Origin: Octopus bimaculoides
Taxonomy: Eukaryota
Length of the DNA stretch: 64,000 nt
Reading direction: 5' to 3'
NCBI RefSeq assembly: GCF_001194135.2
Contig: NC_068982.1
Coordinates: 49,209,900 to 49,273,899, forward strand
The position numbers and the translations under genes were made by a program. Numbering within the stretch: the stretch's first letter is position 1; every line of letters starts with the position of its first letter. The notes under the pieces are model-generated. The model saw only the letters and a list, made by a program, of their open reading frames with translations. It made no database searches and was not told where the DNA came from. Of this stretch, positions 10,851 through 23,960 are shown one piece after another.

Positions 10851-11789
10851 GCTCTTAGTAAGATTCCAGTAACCTAGAACAGTTATAACTGTCTCTTCTA
10901 AAAATAATCCCAAACCTTCTAGAATGCACCTCGTAATTTTCAGTTTCATTTCACAGTAACACCCAACTAACATTACTGACAATTCTTCAACATACCAACA
11001 CAAGACATTAATTTACACATCCTTTCTTAATCCTGATGATAACCTAGGTTATTTTAACTACATCAAATCCATTGTAGAAATACTGAAGATAATGGGAAAA
11101 TATATATATATATATATATATAGCTATATGGATATATATAGATATATAATCACAAAAATAAATTTGCATTAATTTTTTTTAGTATTTCATAACAAGAAAT
11201 TCCAAAAAACACACACATGCACACATACATACACAGATGTAAGTATAAACATGCAGAAAGCATGTAAGCAATGCATACAAGCATACATTTATATACATTG
11301 AAATATAGGTTTTATCTCTATTTCCTCTGAATTACCATATTCATTTCCATGCACTGTTTGTTTATCTCTCTTACCATAATTTACAAGTTTGCTTGACTGG
11401 TTTCGTACTATTTTACTTGTAGGCATTAAATCTTAGATTTATGGTGGTGATGATGAGGATGTATAGTTAAATAGTGTTTGTGATGTTCATGCATTTCTCA
11501 AAGTTATTATAAACTTAAGCAAAATGAAATTAGTTTCAACTAAGAATCAAAATTCAATGGCAAGTTTCTCTCAACAAATTCATCAATGTATCTTTATTCT
11601 ATCTACATAGCTAGCCATCTAACAAATTATCTTTCTTTCTTTCTTTCTATCTATCTATCTATCTATCTATCTATTTATCTACACACACACACACTTGAAT
11701 ACATGTATTTATATATACATGTATGAATGCATATGTGAGTGTGTTTATACATATATATATAGAGAGAGGGAGAAAGAGAAGAGATGAAG

Positions 11790-11824
<35 letters not shown>

Positions 11825-11944
11825 AGGGAACAGAATCAAAGTAATTTTTCTCTCTTCACATTCAAGCAAACACACACACACCCACACACTCTTTCTCTCA
11901 CTGTTTATCTCCCTTTCAAATTAATGCCAATTATTTATTTTTTT

Positions 11945-12040
11945 TATTTACATTATTTACATTTGACGGATATACGTCCTCATTAAATGTAAATAATGTA
12001 AATAATGTAAATAATTCCTCATCTCTTAAATATAGAACTG
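11945..12040. mobile_element. Penelope pLTR-tail inverted footprint
   Basis: The reverse-oriented tail (TTTACATTATTTACATTTGACGGATAT..) is joined to the forward tail (..AAATGTAAATAAT..CCTCATCTCTTAAATATAGAACTG) also seen at 54640-54722. Flanked by a TTTATTTTTTTT direct repeat. Confidence 0.7.
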
Positions 12041-12329
12041 TTTATTTTTTTTTGTTTATTATTTTTTATTTTGCCACTACAGTTGAAAAACAGCTACTTA
12101 TATTGTCTTCTGAATAGAAGTAGTTATTATTGTCCATATATGGGTTGGTTTTCTCCAATGATACACAATCATCATCAATTAGCATCCGTTGTCCATGCAG
12201 GAATTTTACTAAGAGCTGGCAGAACCATTGGCATGCTGGACAAAATGCTGCTAAGCATTTTGTCCACCTTTATGTTCTGAGTTCATATTTCCCCAATTCA
12301 GAATTGATAAGAGCACAAAAGTGAAGAAA

Positions 12330-12593
12330 ATCACTTGTATCATCTCCCATAATCATTACATCTCAGTTTACAGAGTATTTTGGAGCAGCAAGTGAAAAGC
12401 CACTTCTCTCCACCATCATCACTGAAAGAGTTATAATAGGTTTTCCTGAAAGAATGGCACAAAATGCCATAAAAGCTATTTGTATCTATGCAGGTCAATT
12501 CCTTAACATATTAAATCTCTGATTGGACTAAATACATATTAAATAATAAACTTCCAATTAACAAGGTGATTCTATTATTTTGCCCAACCCCTG
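12330..12593 (+). mobile_element. Older 3' fragment related to the DD36E Tc1-like element
   Basis: ILEQQVKSHFSPPSSLKEL..FLKEWHKMP, and the terminus TATTATTTTGCCCAACCCCTG matches the right TIR at 15521-15544. Confidence 0.6.
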
Positions 12594-12619
12594 TGCATGT
12601 ACTTGTGTAAATATATATT

Positions 12620-13750
12620 TAGTGTACTTGGTGATTTCTTCCAAGCTGCATGATGAAACATTTGGAAGAGCTATTGGCATATGAATGAAATTGGTTCATA
12701 TTGTGAAAAGAACTTTTTCAGAGATTTTTCTAAGGTAACAAGAAGCCTAAAGGAAGATTGAGTTTGTGCAATGTCTCGAGATGTTACAGTGTTTCCATTC
12801 AGGAAGAACATTTGCTGAATATGATCATGTATCTAGTCAACCTTCCATGACAATAGAATATGATTACATTGAGAATATGTGTGCTGTGATCCATAAAATG
12901 TGTTGCTTGACTGTCTGTGAAAATTCTAAAGAAGTAATCATCTGTAAAAGTTTTTGGTACACGATTCTTGGAAAAATAATTGGAGATGCATCATGTTCTC
13001 ACAAAATTTGTGCTTCATCTATTGGCAGGTGAATAAAACGAAAATAGAACTGATACCCAGTAGGTCAGGTGTTGTTTGCATCTTTGAATGTTATAACAGA
13101 TTGATGAAATGTCGGTGTATGGCTTCAGTGTTCTGAGGCATTTGTGATAGGCAATGGCCTGAGATATGGGAAAACAAAACCTTGATGCTATACCATAAAG
13201 CACTTGGGTCATTCTTTATCTGTGACTTTTTAGTAAAGCACAACATGAATCTTATATCTTCAGACATTCCACTCATCAAATTTGGTTCCTGCAGGCAGAC
13301 TTTATTAATTCTTAAAGTTAAAACCTACATTTAAAGGTTACTGATTACATATGATAGAAGAAATCAAAGAAAATCTGCTTCAATAAGGAGAACAAATATA
13401 GATGGGTTGGTCATGTCGCATCACTGATGGACAACAGATGGACAATCAGGGTGATGGAATCGACACTATGGCAGTGGAGAAGATCAAATGGCTAACCAAA
13501 GGGAAAATGGCAAGATGATTTCACCCACTACTTGGTCATGACTGGCCAGAAACAGACAGCGGTGGAAGGAGCCTAGGGAGGAGTTTCTCCCTCAGGAGTG
13601 ATGAAGCCCTGGAAACAAATGAAACAACTGTGTATTATCTCTGAACACGTCTTTCAAGACATGTTCCATAAATGGATCGGTGCTAAGAGTGTTATATCAA
13701 CAATGGAGGGAAATATTCTGAAGAAGACAAATCTGATTAAATTGTAAATA
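12620..13750 (+). mobile_element. Very degraded internally deleted mariner, interrupted by an RTE fragment
   Basis: FHSGRTFAEYDH..SQPS..AVIHK..LTVCE aligns with the mariner RFKSGRTS.EDD.RSGRPS..AVIRENRRLTVRE motif. Catalytic-region and C-terminal remnants lie at ~13130-13330 and ~13650-13740. Confidence 0.5.
13370..13625 (+). mobile_element. RTE-type LINE C-terminal fragment
   Basis: RWVGHV..DNRWTIRVME..WRRSNG*PKGKWQDD..QRWKE resembles the RTE RW.GHV.R..RW..GRP..RW motif. Confidence 0.55.
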
Positions 13751-14229
13751 AAGCAATATGTTTTGTTTTGTTTTCTTTTTTTTTTGATAAGTTTGCTTTT
13801 TTTTTTAACAGACCTCATTCATAAAATTTTATTCTCATTTTTGTTTTTAAGTGAATAAACACACTAAGTTATTGAGTTATTGAAAGAAGGAAGAAACTGT
13901 GTAGTGAAGAAACATATGCCATTATATGAGATTTCTATTAGAAACATTACATACTAATTTGAATTAGAATGCAATAAGAACAGTTAAAGCAAGAAATAAA
14001 AATGTTGCTGCTATCTTCAATTCTTAACAACAAGCAAGCTGATTCCATTCATTCAAGGTTAAGTTTTTCACAGGAGAATAATTGCATGATCGGTTTTGTT
14101 TGCTTGCTTTTCTTTTTTGTTGTTGTTTTCTTTTTGTGTGAGAGTAAAGATTTATTTTAGCTATGTTAGTTGATTAAAATATGTGTAAAGCATATTCACT
14201 TTGGTATTGAGATACATTCCTTTAATATA

Positions 14230-14261
14230 CAGGAGTTGGACAAAATAATGGAAACACCTAA

Positions 14262-14298
<37 letters not shown>

Positions 14299-15544
14299 GT
14301 TTAACGTCCGCTTTCCATGCTAGCATGGGTTGGACGATTTGAATGAGGAGCATCATAATTTTGATATATCTATAAAACTGTCAAAAGCTTGTTTATTTTA
14401 TGTTTTTTGATTTATTATTAGTGTTGCTTAATATGTTTTGCTAAAATTGCTGTTTCTTTTCAGATGTCATCAGAAAAAGTTAATTAAAATTCATTAAACT
14501 GACAGATCTATCGGACTTTCAAAGAGGTCAATTTGTTGGTGCTCGTATGGTAGGCGCTAGCATAGCACAAACAGCTGAAATGTTTGGTGTATCAAGAAGT
14601 ACTATCTCAAAAGTAATGACGGCCTTTGAGAAAGAGGGAAAACCTCCTCATCGAAACAAAACTCCGGAAGAAAATCAGAACTTTCAGATCGGGACTGTTG
14701 GGCTCTTATGCGAATTGTTAGAAAGGATCACAAAAGTACAGCTTCCAAAATTACTGCAGAGCTTAATGACCACCTCAAGAACCCAGTTTCCACAAAAACT
14801 GTTTGCCGGGAGCTGCACAAAGCCAGATTTCATAGGTGGGCTGCAATCAGAAAACCACTACTTTCAAAAACAGACGTTTCAAATTTGGTCCTTAGAGTAG
14901 TGGAAGAATGTTATTTTCTCGGACAAGTCATCCATTACTATATCTCCAACCACCAGCCGAGTACATGTGAGGAGATAGCCAAATGAAGCATTTGAGCCAG
15001 ACTGCCTTCTTCCAACTTTGAAACATGGAAGAGGATCTGTGATGATCTGGGGAGCTATATCTTGGAAATCCACCGGCCCAATGGTTTCCCTTCATGGCAG
15101 AATTAATAGTCAAGACTATTTAGGCATTTTATCTTATCAGATTCATTCTATGGTTGTAGAACTGTTTCTGGAAGAAAACGCAGTCTTTCAAGATGATAAT
15201 GCACCAATTCACACAGCTAAAGTTATTACAGAATGGCACGATGAACATTCTAGTGAAGTTGGACGTCTTATCTGGCAACTACAGTCCCCAGATTTCAATG
15301 TCATTGAACATTTATGGTGCATTTTAGAAAAACAAGTAGGGAGTCAATATCCTCCACCATCAAGAACTGGAGTCTATTTTAGCTGATGAATGGACAAAAA
15401 TTCCTTTGGAAACAGTTCAAACTTTGTACAAGTCCATACCTCATAGAATTCAAGCTGTAATTACTGCCAAAGGCGGTCCTACCCCATATTAAAATAACTT
15501 TATTAGAAATGTTAAGGTGTTTCCATTATTTTGTCCAACCCCTG
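14230..15544 (+). mobile_element. Full-length Tc1-like transposon with DD36E triad (Incomer-type), transposase frameshifted
   Basis: 30-bp TIRs CAGG(A/G)GTTGGACAAAATAATGGAAACACCT with TA TSD (14228-9, 15545-6). HTH region (ORF 14547), IRKPLL (ORF 14708), FSDKS, KHGRGSVMIWG, FQDDNAP...SPDFNVIEHLW. D codon at 15195 and E codon at 15306 give 36 intervening residues. Confidence 0.92.
14262..14347 (-). mobile_element. RTE 3' stub inserted next to the left TIR of the Tc1-like element
   Basis: (CAT)n-CGTTTAACGTCCGCTTTCCATGCTAGCATGGGTTGGACGATTTGA. Confidence 0.8.
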
Positions 15545-15589
15545 TATATACTACAGAAAGCAAGCACATATTGGGTATAGTTAGACTCA

Positions 15590-16070
15590 TGGACTCACCT
15601 ATGCTGAACTATTGAGAAATCTGCAATTATTCTATCCAGATTACAAGTTCAGATTTATACCTGTAATTATTGGGGCCCTGGGATATGTAACTCACTGCCT
15701 AAATACCAATCTTGGGAAATTAGGCTTCTCAAAACCAGCAAGGAGAAAGCTGATTTAAAGATTGCAAATACAAGCCATCACTAGAACTGTAAAAATCTGT
15801 AAAACTTTCCAGAAGTTTATAATTTAAATATATATGAACATGTCTAGATATGCAACTATATGCGTGAGAATACATACATAAAACAAAACATACAAAACAT
15901 ACAAAACTGCACAGATACATATGTGCATGCATACATACGTACATACATACATACATACATACATACATACATACAAAAATACCTTGTTGATATTGAAATT
16001 CCAATGATCTAGGTTAGAAACTGGCTCTTTCTCTGTTGGCAAGAAATCGTGAAATAAAACTGAATAATGA
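15590..16070 (+). mobile_element. RLE-type LINE family 2, 3' end with (CATA)n
   Basis: TYAELLRNLQLFYPDYKFRFIPVIIGALGYVTHCLNTNLGKLGFSKP..., then the shared 3' UTR and (CATA)n. Confidence 0.8.
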
Positions 16071-16084
16071 CATACATACATACA

Positions 16085-16116
<32 letters not shown>

Positions 16117-16274
16117 CTATGGTTGCTCTCTTAGGGCCAAGCCTAATCAAGACCATAACTCTAATTGTTAATTAGTAAATATAAAATCTAAATATTTGCA
16201 AATTCATTATAAGATGTCAATTTAATTCTTTAAGTTCAATGTAAAATTCAGTAAATGGTAATAGTACAATGAGG

Positions 16275-16311
<37 letters not shown>

Positions 16312-16794
16312 ATAAATAATCAAAACCACTGTAAAATGTCCCTATTATTGAATGCTTTTTGTTCTATAATACTTCAGACATTGATTGTTTAGGTTTGCTA
16401 GTTACATTATCAGCCTCTGGCAGCTAAACTAATTTTGAGAGACATATTTAAATTCAAACTTTAATTCCTTATATGGATATTGAGTCTACTAAGTATTTTT
16501 CTAAACTGTCTTCTAAAAAGGAAAAACAAAACATGAAGAAAATATTTACAATTAAAAATGATAAACTAACACTTGAACAGAAACAGCTTCATCAGCATAA
16601 AAGCACAGACATAATTAGAATATTTCAAGCCAAGTGGATATGTAGGTGTATAATGAAAAAAAAATAGACTCCTTTGTTTCCTAGAATTATTTTCTGAATC
16701 TAGTGAATACATCATGTGAGTAACAATTGGATGTTGAGATTTAAATAATTTGCCTAAAGCTTTAAGTAAACATAAGAAATCAGCTGTGTGTTGG

Positions 16795-17050
16795 TTCATT
16801 GAGATATAGCCTAATCATGAGGTAGTGGGTTCAATTCCTGGACTGGGCTCTGTGTTGTATTCTTGAGCAAGACACTTTGTTTCATTTTGCTCCAGTTCAC
16901 TCAGCTGTCAAAATGAGTTGCGACTTTACTGATGCCAAGCTGTATCAATGTTTGCCTTTCCCTTGGATAACATCGGTGGTGTGGAGAGGGGAGGCTGATA
17001 TGCATGGGTGACTGCTGGCCTTCCATAGACTACCTTGCCCAGACTACATG
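16795..17050 (+). mobile_element. SINE family B, truncated at both ends
   Basis: Homologous to 5660-5910. Confidence 0.7.
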
Positions 17051-17073
17051 CACACACACACACACACACATAT

Positions 17074-17240
17074 TAAAAATGGGGAAGGCTGATTTATGGG
17101 ATTACCTTAGGTTTCCTGTCTTTATGGCGTATTGTCATGGGCCAACAGGTTTTTGGGATCTGACAATACACCATCAAACTAAACCCTTTATGGTTGGGAA
17201 ACCTAAGGTAATCCCATAAACTGGCCTTGCCCATTTTTTA
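17074..17240. mobile_element. MITE with ~44-bp TIRs
   Basis: TAAAAATGGGGAAGGCTGATTTATGGGATTACCTTAGGTTTCC (17074-17116) versus the reverse complement of 17197-17240 (about 4 substitutions and 1 indel). TA-rich flanks. Confidence 0.8.
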
Positions 17241-17439
17241 TATACATTGCTCTACGTCTTAGAGTGTGCATCTTCTTTCGGATTTATGTTTTTTACAAAC
17301 AATATANNNNNNNNNNNNNNNNNNNNNNNNNNNNNNNNNNNNNNNNNNNNNNNNNNNNNNNNNNNNNNNNNNNNNNNNNNNNNNNNNNNNNNNNNNNNNN
17401 NNNNNNNNNNNNNNNNNNNNNNNNNNTATATATATATTA

Positions 17440-17602
17440 CACTCTCGGAGTGGTTGGCAATAGGAAGGGCATCCAGCTGTAGAAACTCTGCCAGTTCAGA
17501 TTGGAGCCTGGTGCAGCCATCTGGTTCACCTGTCCTCAGTCAAATCATCCAACCCATGCTAGCATGGAAAGCGGACGTTAAACGATGATGATGATGATGA
17601 TG
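17440..17602 (+). mobile_element. RTE 3' UTR stub, (GAT)n tail
   Basis: ...GGAAAGCGGACGTTAAACGATGATGATG. Confidence 0.8.
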
Positions 17603-18239
17603 TATAGATAAAATCTTCACAGCCTTGTTTTTTTATCTCATTCTGAAAAAAAATTTATATATATATATATATATGTATGTATATATGTATGTATGTGTGT
17701 GTGTATTCAGACATATAAGCACACATATGATTATTATATATACTTCAAAGTATTTATATGGCTAAAGAAAACAGTCAAATATTGGGGCATGTAAGCCCTC
17801 AATGTAAAAAAAATGTAAAAAACACATGGTGTGTGCTTATAAGTTTAATGATTATAATTATTATTTACAGAATTTTCATTCATCAATGTTTCTTTACCTA
17901 CTGAAGAATAAACACATGTTTGTTTGCTTACACACCACCATGAAATTATAGTTATTAAATCTAATGGGAAGAAATTGGTAAGCTGGTGTAATCAGTCAGA
18001 ATACTTACTGCATATATAAGAGGCATGAATTTGTTTCCTATGTGCACTAATACTCACTTTTCCCGATTGAGGGTTTATATGCTCTAATATATTAGACCGT
18101 TTACTTTAGCCAATGCACAGTGAACACTTATAAGCTTAAAGCTTATAATTACCATTATTTATAGAATCTATACACACACACATACAAATATATATATATT
18201 TGTGCACATGCATATACAGTATTTGTGTGTATATATGTG

Positions 18240-18289
<50 letters not shown>

Positions 18290-20149
18290 CACACATATGA
18301 TTATTATATATACCTCAAATTATATTTATATTGGCCTTGATCCTCAAAATGTTCCCTGGATTTATCATAAGCTCTATGAAATTTACACAGTTCTATCTCT
18401 CATTGTTTATGAAAACATTTCAGAATTTTTGAAAAATTCCATAATTTTATTAGACATCAAAGCCAGAGAAAATAAAAACATTAACAAATCATTTAATGAC
18501 ATTCATTTTTACTTTCAATTAATAATTTCTCCTAAAGTTTGGAAATAGATTGTTTCATTGGTTTTTTGTTTGAATTTTTATCGTTTTTGAAGCTTATTGT
18601 TTTTTCAACGTCATAGACATTACCATTCCAAAATGATGCCTAATTAAATCAGCTTTAATATGTTTTGTAAGTTTCGTTTGTATAAGTGAAATTTTTACTA
18701 AAAATAAATGAATCCACTACAAAATAAATGAAAAGACAATATACTTTACTTCATGGTTGCTTCAGCAAACAAACTAAACATTTTTATCCAACATAACATA
18801 AGACTAGATATATTTTTATAAAATTTTCCTAATGGATTAATTGTTCATTCACATTATTGTATTATCAAAATGTATATCTTTTTTTACATTTACTAGATCC
18901 TCCTCTCTATTCTTCCCTCTCCCCCCTCTCTCTCTTGCTCTCTATCCTTCTCTGTCTCTGTCTCCCTTTCTCTCATCGCCTCATAAGATAATATATCATT
19001 ATGCAAATATAAAATGATACAAGGCCTGTTCCTCATGCTATAGTTTAGTACTGAACTATATACAATAAGAAAGAATTTTTACCCATATATTAGGAAATTA
19101 TCAAATATCATTTTCTTTTTCTTTTAATCTCTTAGCCCCTAGAGCTTTTCCATATCATAAGCATAAAGAATGTAGGGTAATAACGATATTATTACAATGT
19201 TTGAATATAGCTGACTGTCAAACAATGGATGTTAAGATTTAGAATTAATTTGGCATCATATGAATGAGGAAAACAATGGCTGAAGTAGTGGAAGCTAGAT
19301 TTGATCGTTCAGTGTTTCATGTTCAAACTCTGTTTTAAACTTTACAAATTATTTTCTGAAAATAATAGACAAAGTAAAGTGGATATTCCCCGAATTTTTC
19401 GAAATAGCAACTCATGTCCAAGCATGAGACAAAATGTTTTGCAATGTTTAATCTAGTTTGTTACATACTGAGCTCAAATCTTGCAGAGGTCAAATTTGTA
19501 TTTCCTTCTTCTAGGGGTGGATAAATAAAGTACCAGCTTAGTATAGCTGATTAATGGAACTGTTAGAATATTGAGCAGAATGCTTTGCTGCTTTTGTTTT
19601 GGTTTCTTGTGTTCTGAGCCTGTGCTATCTTAAGGCATGGTACAGTAGACAGTTGCCTAAAGGCTTCATGGGTCTAAGAGCCCAATTCAGATATATATAT
19701 GTCATGGATTGCTGCCCACTACATATAGCTATGTTTGAGCTCAAATTTTGCTATTTACTTGGGTGGTGGACTTAATTTATTTCTTGGTTTAACTCCATGG
19801 CCTGATCTTTGATTGCCTTCAAAGGTACCCACTCTGTTTAAATCATTTGAGCAAGGTTTCTGATTTGGAGATAGCCTTCCCCCCACCTCGCTTCTCATTG
19901 GTCTCAGAGACTGATTTAAAGAGTCACACACATTGCCTTACACTTCTGGCTATGTGATAGAAAAATGTCAACCACTGCAAAAAAGTGATTATATATTCCA
20001 GCATATTTTTATAAAATTCTCTACTCATTTATTCAGAAAAAGGACAGTATTTATCATCTCAATGGGACTTAAATTTTCTTAAGCAGCAATCCCAAAATGT
20101 TGATGATAGATTTTATTTCATTTTTTTTTTTTTCTGGAGGAAATCTGTG

Positions 20150-20560
20150 AAAGGGGCAGACCAGGAAGACGTGGGATGACGTGTTGAGAAAGGATCTTTG
20201 GATACTGGATCTCACTGAGAAAATGACAAAGGACTGGGTGTTGTGACAATTTGTTGCACTTGAGAAGGTGCATCAAGCTAAGTAGAGTTGTTGTCTTCTA
20301 TACATACAGGCTTATCCTTTACAGGTGCCAGTGCCATATAAAATGCACTAGTGTTGGTGCTGCATAATAGCACCCATGCCAGTGGCACATAAAAAACACC
20401 CAGCACACTTTGTAAAGTGGTTGACATTAGAAAGGGCATTCAGCCATAGAAACCATGCCACAACTTACAATTGGAGTCTGGACAGCTTATGTCAAACTGT
20501 CCAACCCATACCAGCATGGAAAATGGACAGAAAATGAGGATGATGATGGTGATGATGAGG
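20150..20560 (+). mobile_element. RTE LINE 3' end, related subfamily
   Basis: RGRP.KTWDDVLRKDLWILDLTEKMTKD, then a 3' UTR ending CCAACCCATACCAGCATGGAAAATGGAC..(GAT)n. Confidence 0.7.
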
Positions 20561-20769
20561 ATATCTGTTGTTAAATACAGGAGCTACTTAATTCAAACAG
20601 TATGACATACGTTTAGGCATTTCAACTAATGTGGATTGTCTGAAAGGATAACACTGTAACATGATTTTTGTTCTTGGGCAACAACTGTTATTTCCTATTT
20701 GCTTATCCCTAGAAAGTATGAAAAATGGCTAATATTTTCTTCAAACTTTGCTTTTGCTACATTCCTTCA

Positions 20770-20935
20770 AACCCCACAGAACCCCTTCCAACACATGGCT
20801 ATGATGCTTTCCCCACTACTCCTGTTCATGATCAGAAATGCACATATTGTCAGCAACTAAAGGACATGCTCAAGTGGTTAAAGTCAAGCAAGAGACAAGC
20901 AAATCTGTGGTATTGAGCAGAATATTTACTATAAT
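20770..20935. repeat. Unclassified dispersed repeat (second copy inverted within 25610-26098)
   Basis: CATGGCTATGATGCTTTCCCCACTACT..GCACATATTGTCAGCAACTAAAGGACATGCTCAA..TGTGGTATTGAGCAGAAT is the reverse complement of ~25697-25815. Confidence 0.6.
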
Positions 20936-21521
20936 GATATTTCTGCTTCAGCAACTCAGTGCTTAATCTATCTGAAATAGAATGGAAAATAGGTCAGTTT
21001 CAAAACATGGGTGTCTAAGTCTCAAAAGCAAAATTTGGAAGGAATAGTAGTGATTTCAATAGGATTTCTAATTAGAGGCAAATAATAAATAACACTTGGT
21101 GATCAAAGACAAGAAAAAAAGAGAAAAATATTATTAAACAGTGTAATGTAGAATCAGTAGCATTGATGCCAACACAAACTTTGGTTAAGTGCCACAGAAT
21201 CTGAAATGTTAAGCATGATATTTCAAGAGTTAAAGAATAACAGAATGTTCAGTAAAAAGCAGGATTGATTATGTGAATAATATAAATATTTCTATGTCAT
21301 AGCAGAATCAAAGTGAGACTAAAACAAAAAAAATTAGATAATCTATCAAGAAGTTGATGTAAGTTGGAAGACAATATGAAAGGTAAAGAAAATATTCCAT
21401 TAAATAGATAGAAAATTTTCATTTAAAATATAAAGGTTTGTACAAGCAAAAGCCTTGTGTGTGCATTTGGTAGACACATAAATATGCACATGTGCATGTG
21501 CACACATACACACACACTGAG

Positions 21522-21845
21522 GGTAAAGACCCACTTCTGTCATGAATGACTTTGGGATTACTCCTAGAAAGTTCCCCTCTGAGGCACAAGTCCAGGCAAG
21601 ACTGTTTATAGAAGACCAGCAGTCACGTATGCATTCCAGCCTCCCTTTTCCATGCCACCAATGTTATCCAAGGGAAAGGCAAAGGGCAATACAGTTTGGC
21701 ACCAGTGATGTTGCAACTCATTTCTACAGCTGAATGAAATGGAGCAATATCTGCTGAAGAACACAACACACAGCCCAGTCCAGAAATCAAACTTGCTGCC
21801 TTGTGATTGTGAGCCTGTCACTAACCACTGAGTCGTGTACCTTCA
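21522..21845 (-). mobile_element. SINE family B
   Basis: Reverse complement of 5637-5978. Confidence 0.75.
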
Positions 21846-22577
21846 AAGTTAAAATTCTACTCTAGTATCACTGCTGACTAGTGCAAGCACCCTTGCTTGG
21901 ACTGTCTTCATGGACATCTGTCTATTGCTAGCCCGTCTTGTCTGCCCAAGCAGCAAAGTCAGGTGATGGATATCATCATTACACCATCTCATGACTCAAT
22001 CCCTTCTCTCAGTCCCCATTCTGTTGCTTGTATCATTCACCTGTTGTCCTTAAATCATGCTCCATGACTGTCCCTTCTGTGCTAATTCTACAATTAAGAA
22101 TATTAACACATATCTAATTGAAGTGAGACTCTTCCATCAAATTTGTGCTAAATTACTTTTTATAAATATCATTCAATATAATAATTTCTAATTAAAATTT
22201 TTTTTCAACTAATGTAACAATAAAAGTATTTCATGAAATTGTTCTTAAATTTTTGAAAAATACTAATGAATAAGTCTGGCAGAATTTCTTCACATAACCA
22301 AGTTTTATTTAAATTAGATAAACAATCAAATATACTTGATTTTATTTTCCATAAGATAAGAATGGTGATCATAAGGAAACATAGGGAATTTCCTCCCAAA
22401 TGATCTGCTTAAGATTTAATTATTGTATTTTCATTAAATGAATAATTTGAGTATATAATATCAATTGAAGTCATTGTGACATTACGAGAACAGATTCCAT
22501 TGCTTCTGTGTGTATCTTAACTACTGTTTGGATTGAATACAACTGACAAAAATATTTCACTTGTGAAAGCAAAATAT

Positions 22578-22720
22578 AGGCACTAATGTGACTGTGTGGT
22601 AAGAAGGTTCGGGTTCAATCCCACTGCATGGCATCTTGAGCAAGATTCTTCTACTATAGCTTTGGCTGACCAAAGCCTTGTGAGTGAATTTGCTAGTTGG
22701 AAACTGAAAGCTTGCCATAT

Positions 22721-22773
<53 letters not shown>

Positions 22774-22965
22774 CCTTTGTGTCCGTGTTTGTCCTCCCCA
22801 CCACTTGACAACCTGTATTGGTCCCTGTAACTTAGTGGTTCAGCAAAAGAGACCAATAGAATAAGTACCAGATTTAAATAAACGCTGGGGTTGATTCATT
22901 CAACTAAAATTCAAAGTGGTGCCCCAGTATGGCCACAGTCCAATAACTGAATAAAAAAAAAGATA
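22578..22965 (+). mobile_element. tRNA-CORE SINE family D with internal (TG)n
   Basis: GGGTTCAATCCC B box, TCTTGAGCAAG core, (TG)n, and the 3' end GGTGCCCCAGTATGGCCACAGTCCAAT. Further copies at ~30260-30430(-), 32480-32770(-), 44218-44545(+), 46345-46690(-, two partial), 47505-47885(+), 49445-49770(+) and 53805-55030(-). Confidence 0.8.
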
Positions 22966-22969
22966 AACG

Positions 22970-23205
22970 ATGCATACATACATACATATATACAAGCATA
23001 CCTGCATGCATACATACATACACACCTACATACATACATATATACATACATACATACATACGTACATACATGATGGCTGCCCCCTCGTTATCATACATAC
23101 ATACATGCATACATACATACATGCATACATACATACATACATACATACATACATACATACATACATACATACATACACGCATGCATACCTGCATGCATGC
23201 ATACA
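22970..23205. repeat. (CATA)n microsatellite array
   Basis: Visible tandem repeat; it generates the spurious HTYI/MYVC ORFs. Confidence 0.95.
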
Positions 23206-23797
23206 TAACTTATATTTTCAAATAATCTCAGTTGAAATGATTCCTTTCCATTTTAACAAAATAACTCTAGGTATATTTCTGAACTTAAAAAATAAAAAAA
23301 AAATAAAAATTAATAAATTTATAAGTTAAACTTTCTGGAACATGCAGTAGATGTAGCTTTTCACAGTAAAATCCATGAATAAATGGCATCTCTTCAAACC
23401 TAACCAAGAATTTTATTTCACTGAATCTCCTCATCAAATCTAGGTTATTTTACTTGTAGATATGAATTATCATGATTTTTTTCTGTACTTTTTGATGATG
23501 TAGGGAAATGTTTTGAAGTGTACCAACCATTCTTAGATCCAACTCCAAAGTAAATTCTTCAGATATGATTTTCTTTCATAAACCCTTGTGTGTTCTTTTA
23601 TGGTTTTATTTTTTAACCTATTAAAAATCTTTAGTGTGATTTCTTGAGATCTAGACCTACAACATAAAATCCATTTAAATTCTAATTTTTTCAATATTGA
23701 CTTGCATTTGCATAAAATATCTATTTATAAATGTATGTATATAAGCATGTATCTGCCTACTTATCCATTTATATCTGTCAATCTAGCTATCTATCTG

Positions 23798-23858
23798 TAT
23801 ATATATATATATATATATATATACATACCATCAGTTAAACAAATCCCAAAATGGTATA

Positions 23859-23948
<90 letters not shown>

Positions 23949-23960
23949 TGTATGTATGTA
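23798..23960. repeat. (TA)n/(TATG)n microsatellites
   Basis: Visible tandem repeats. Confidence 0.95.

Noticed and set aside
16440-16780. L1/Tx1-like traces (also ~20960-21420 and ~53550-53790) and a CR1 endonuclease-like trace at ~48700-49100
   Set aside because: Only faint motif resemblance; not supportable without a profile search.
22904-23329. HTYI/MYVC-repeat ORFs
   Set aside because: Translation of (CATA)n.
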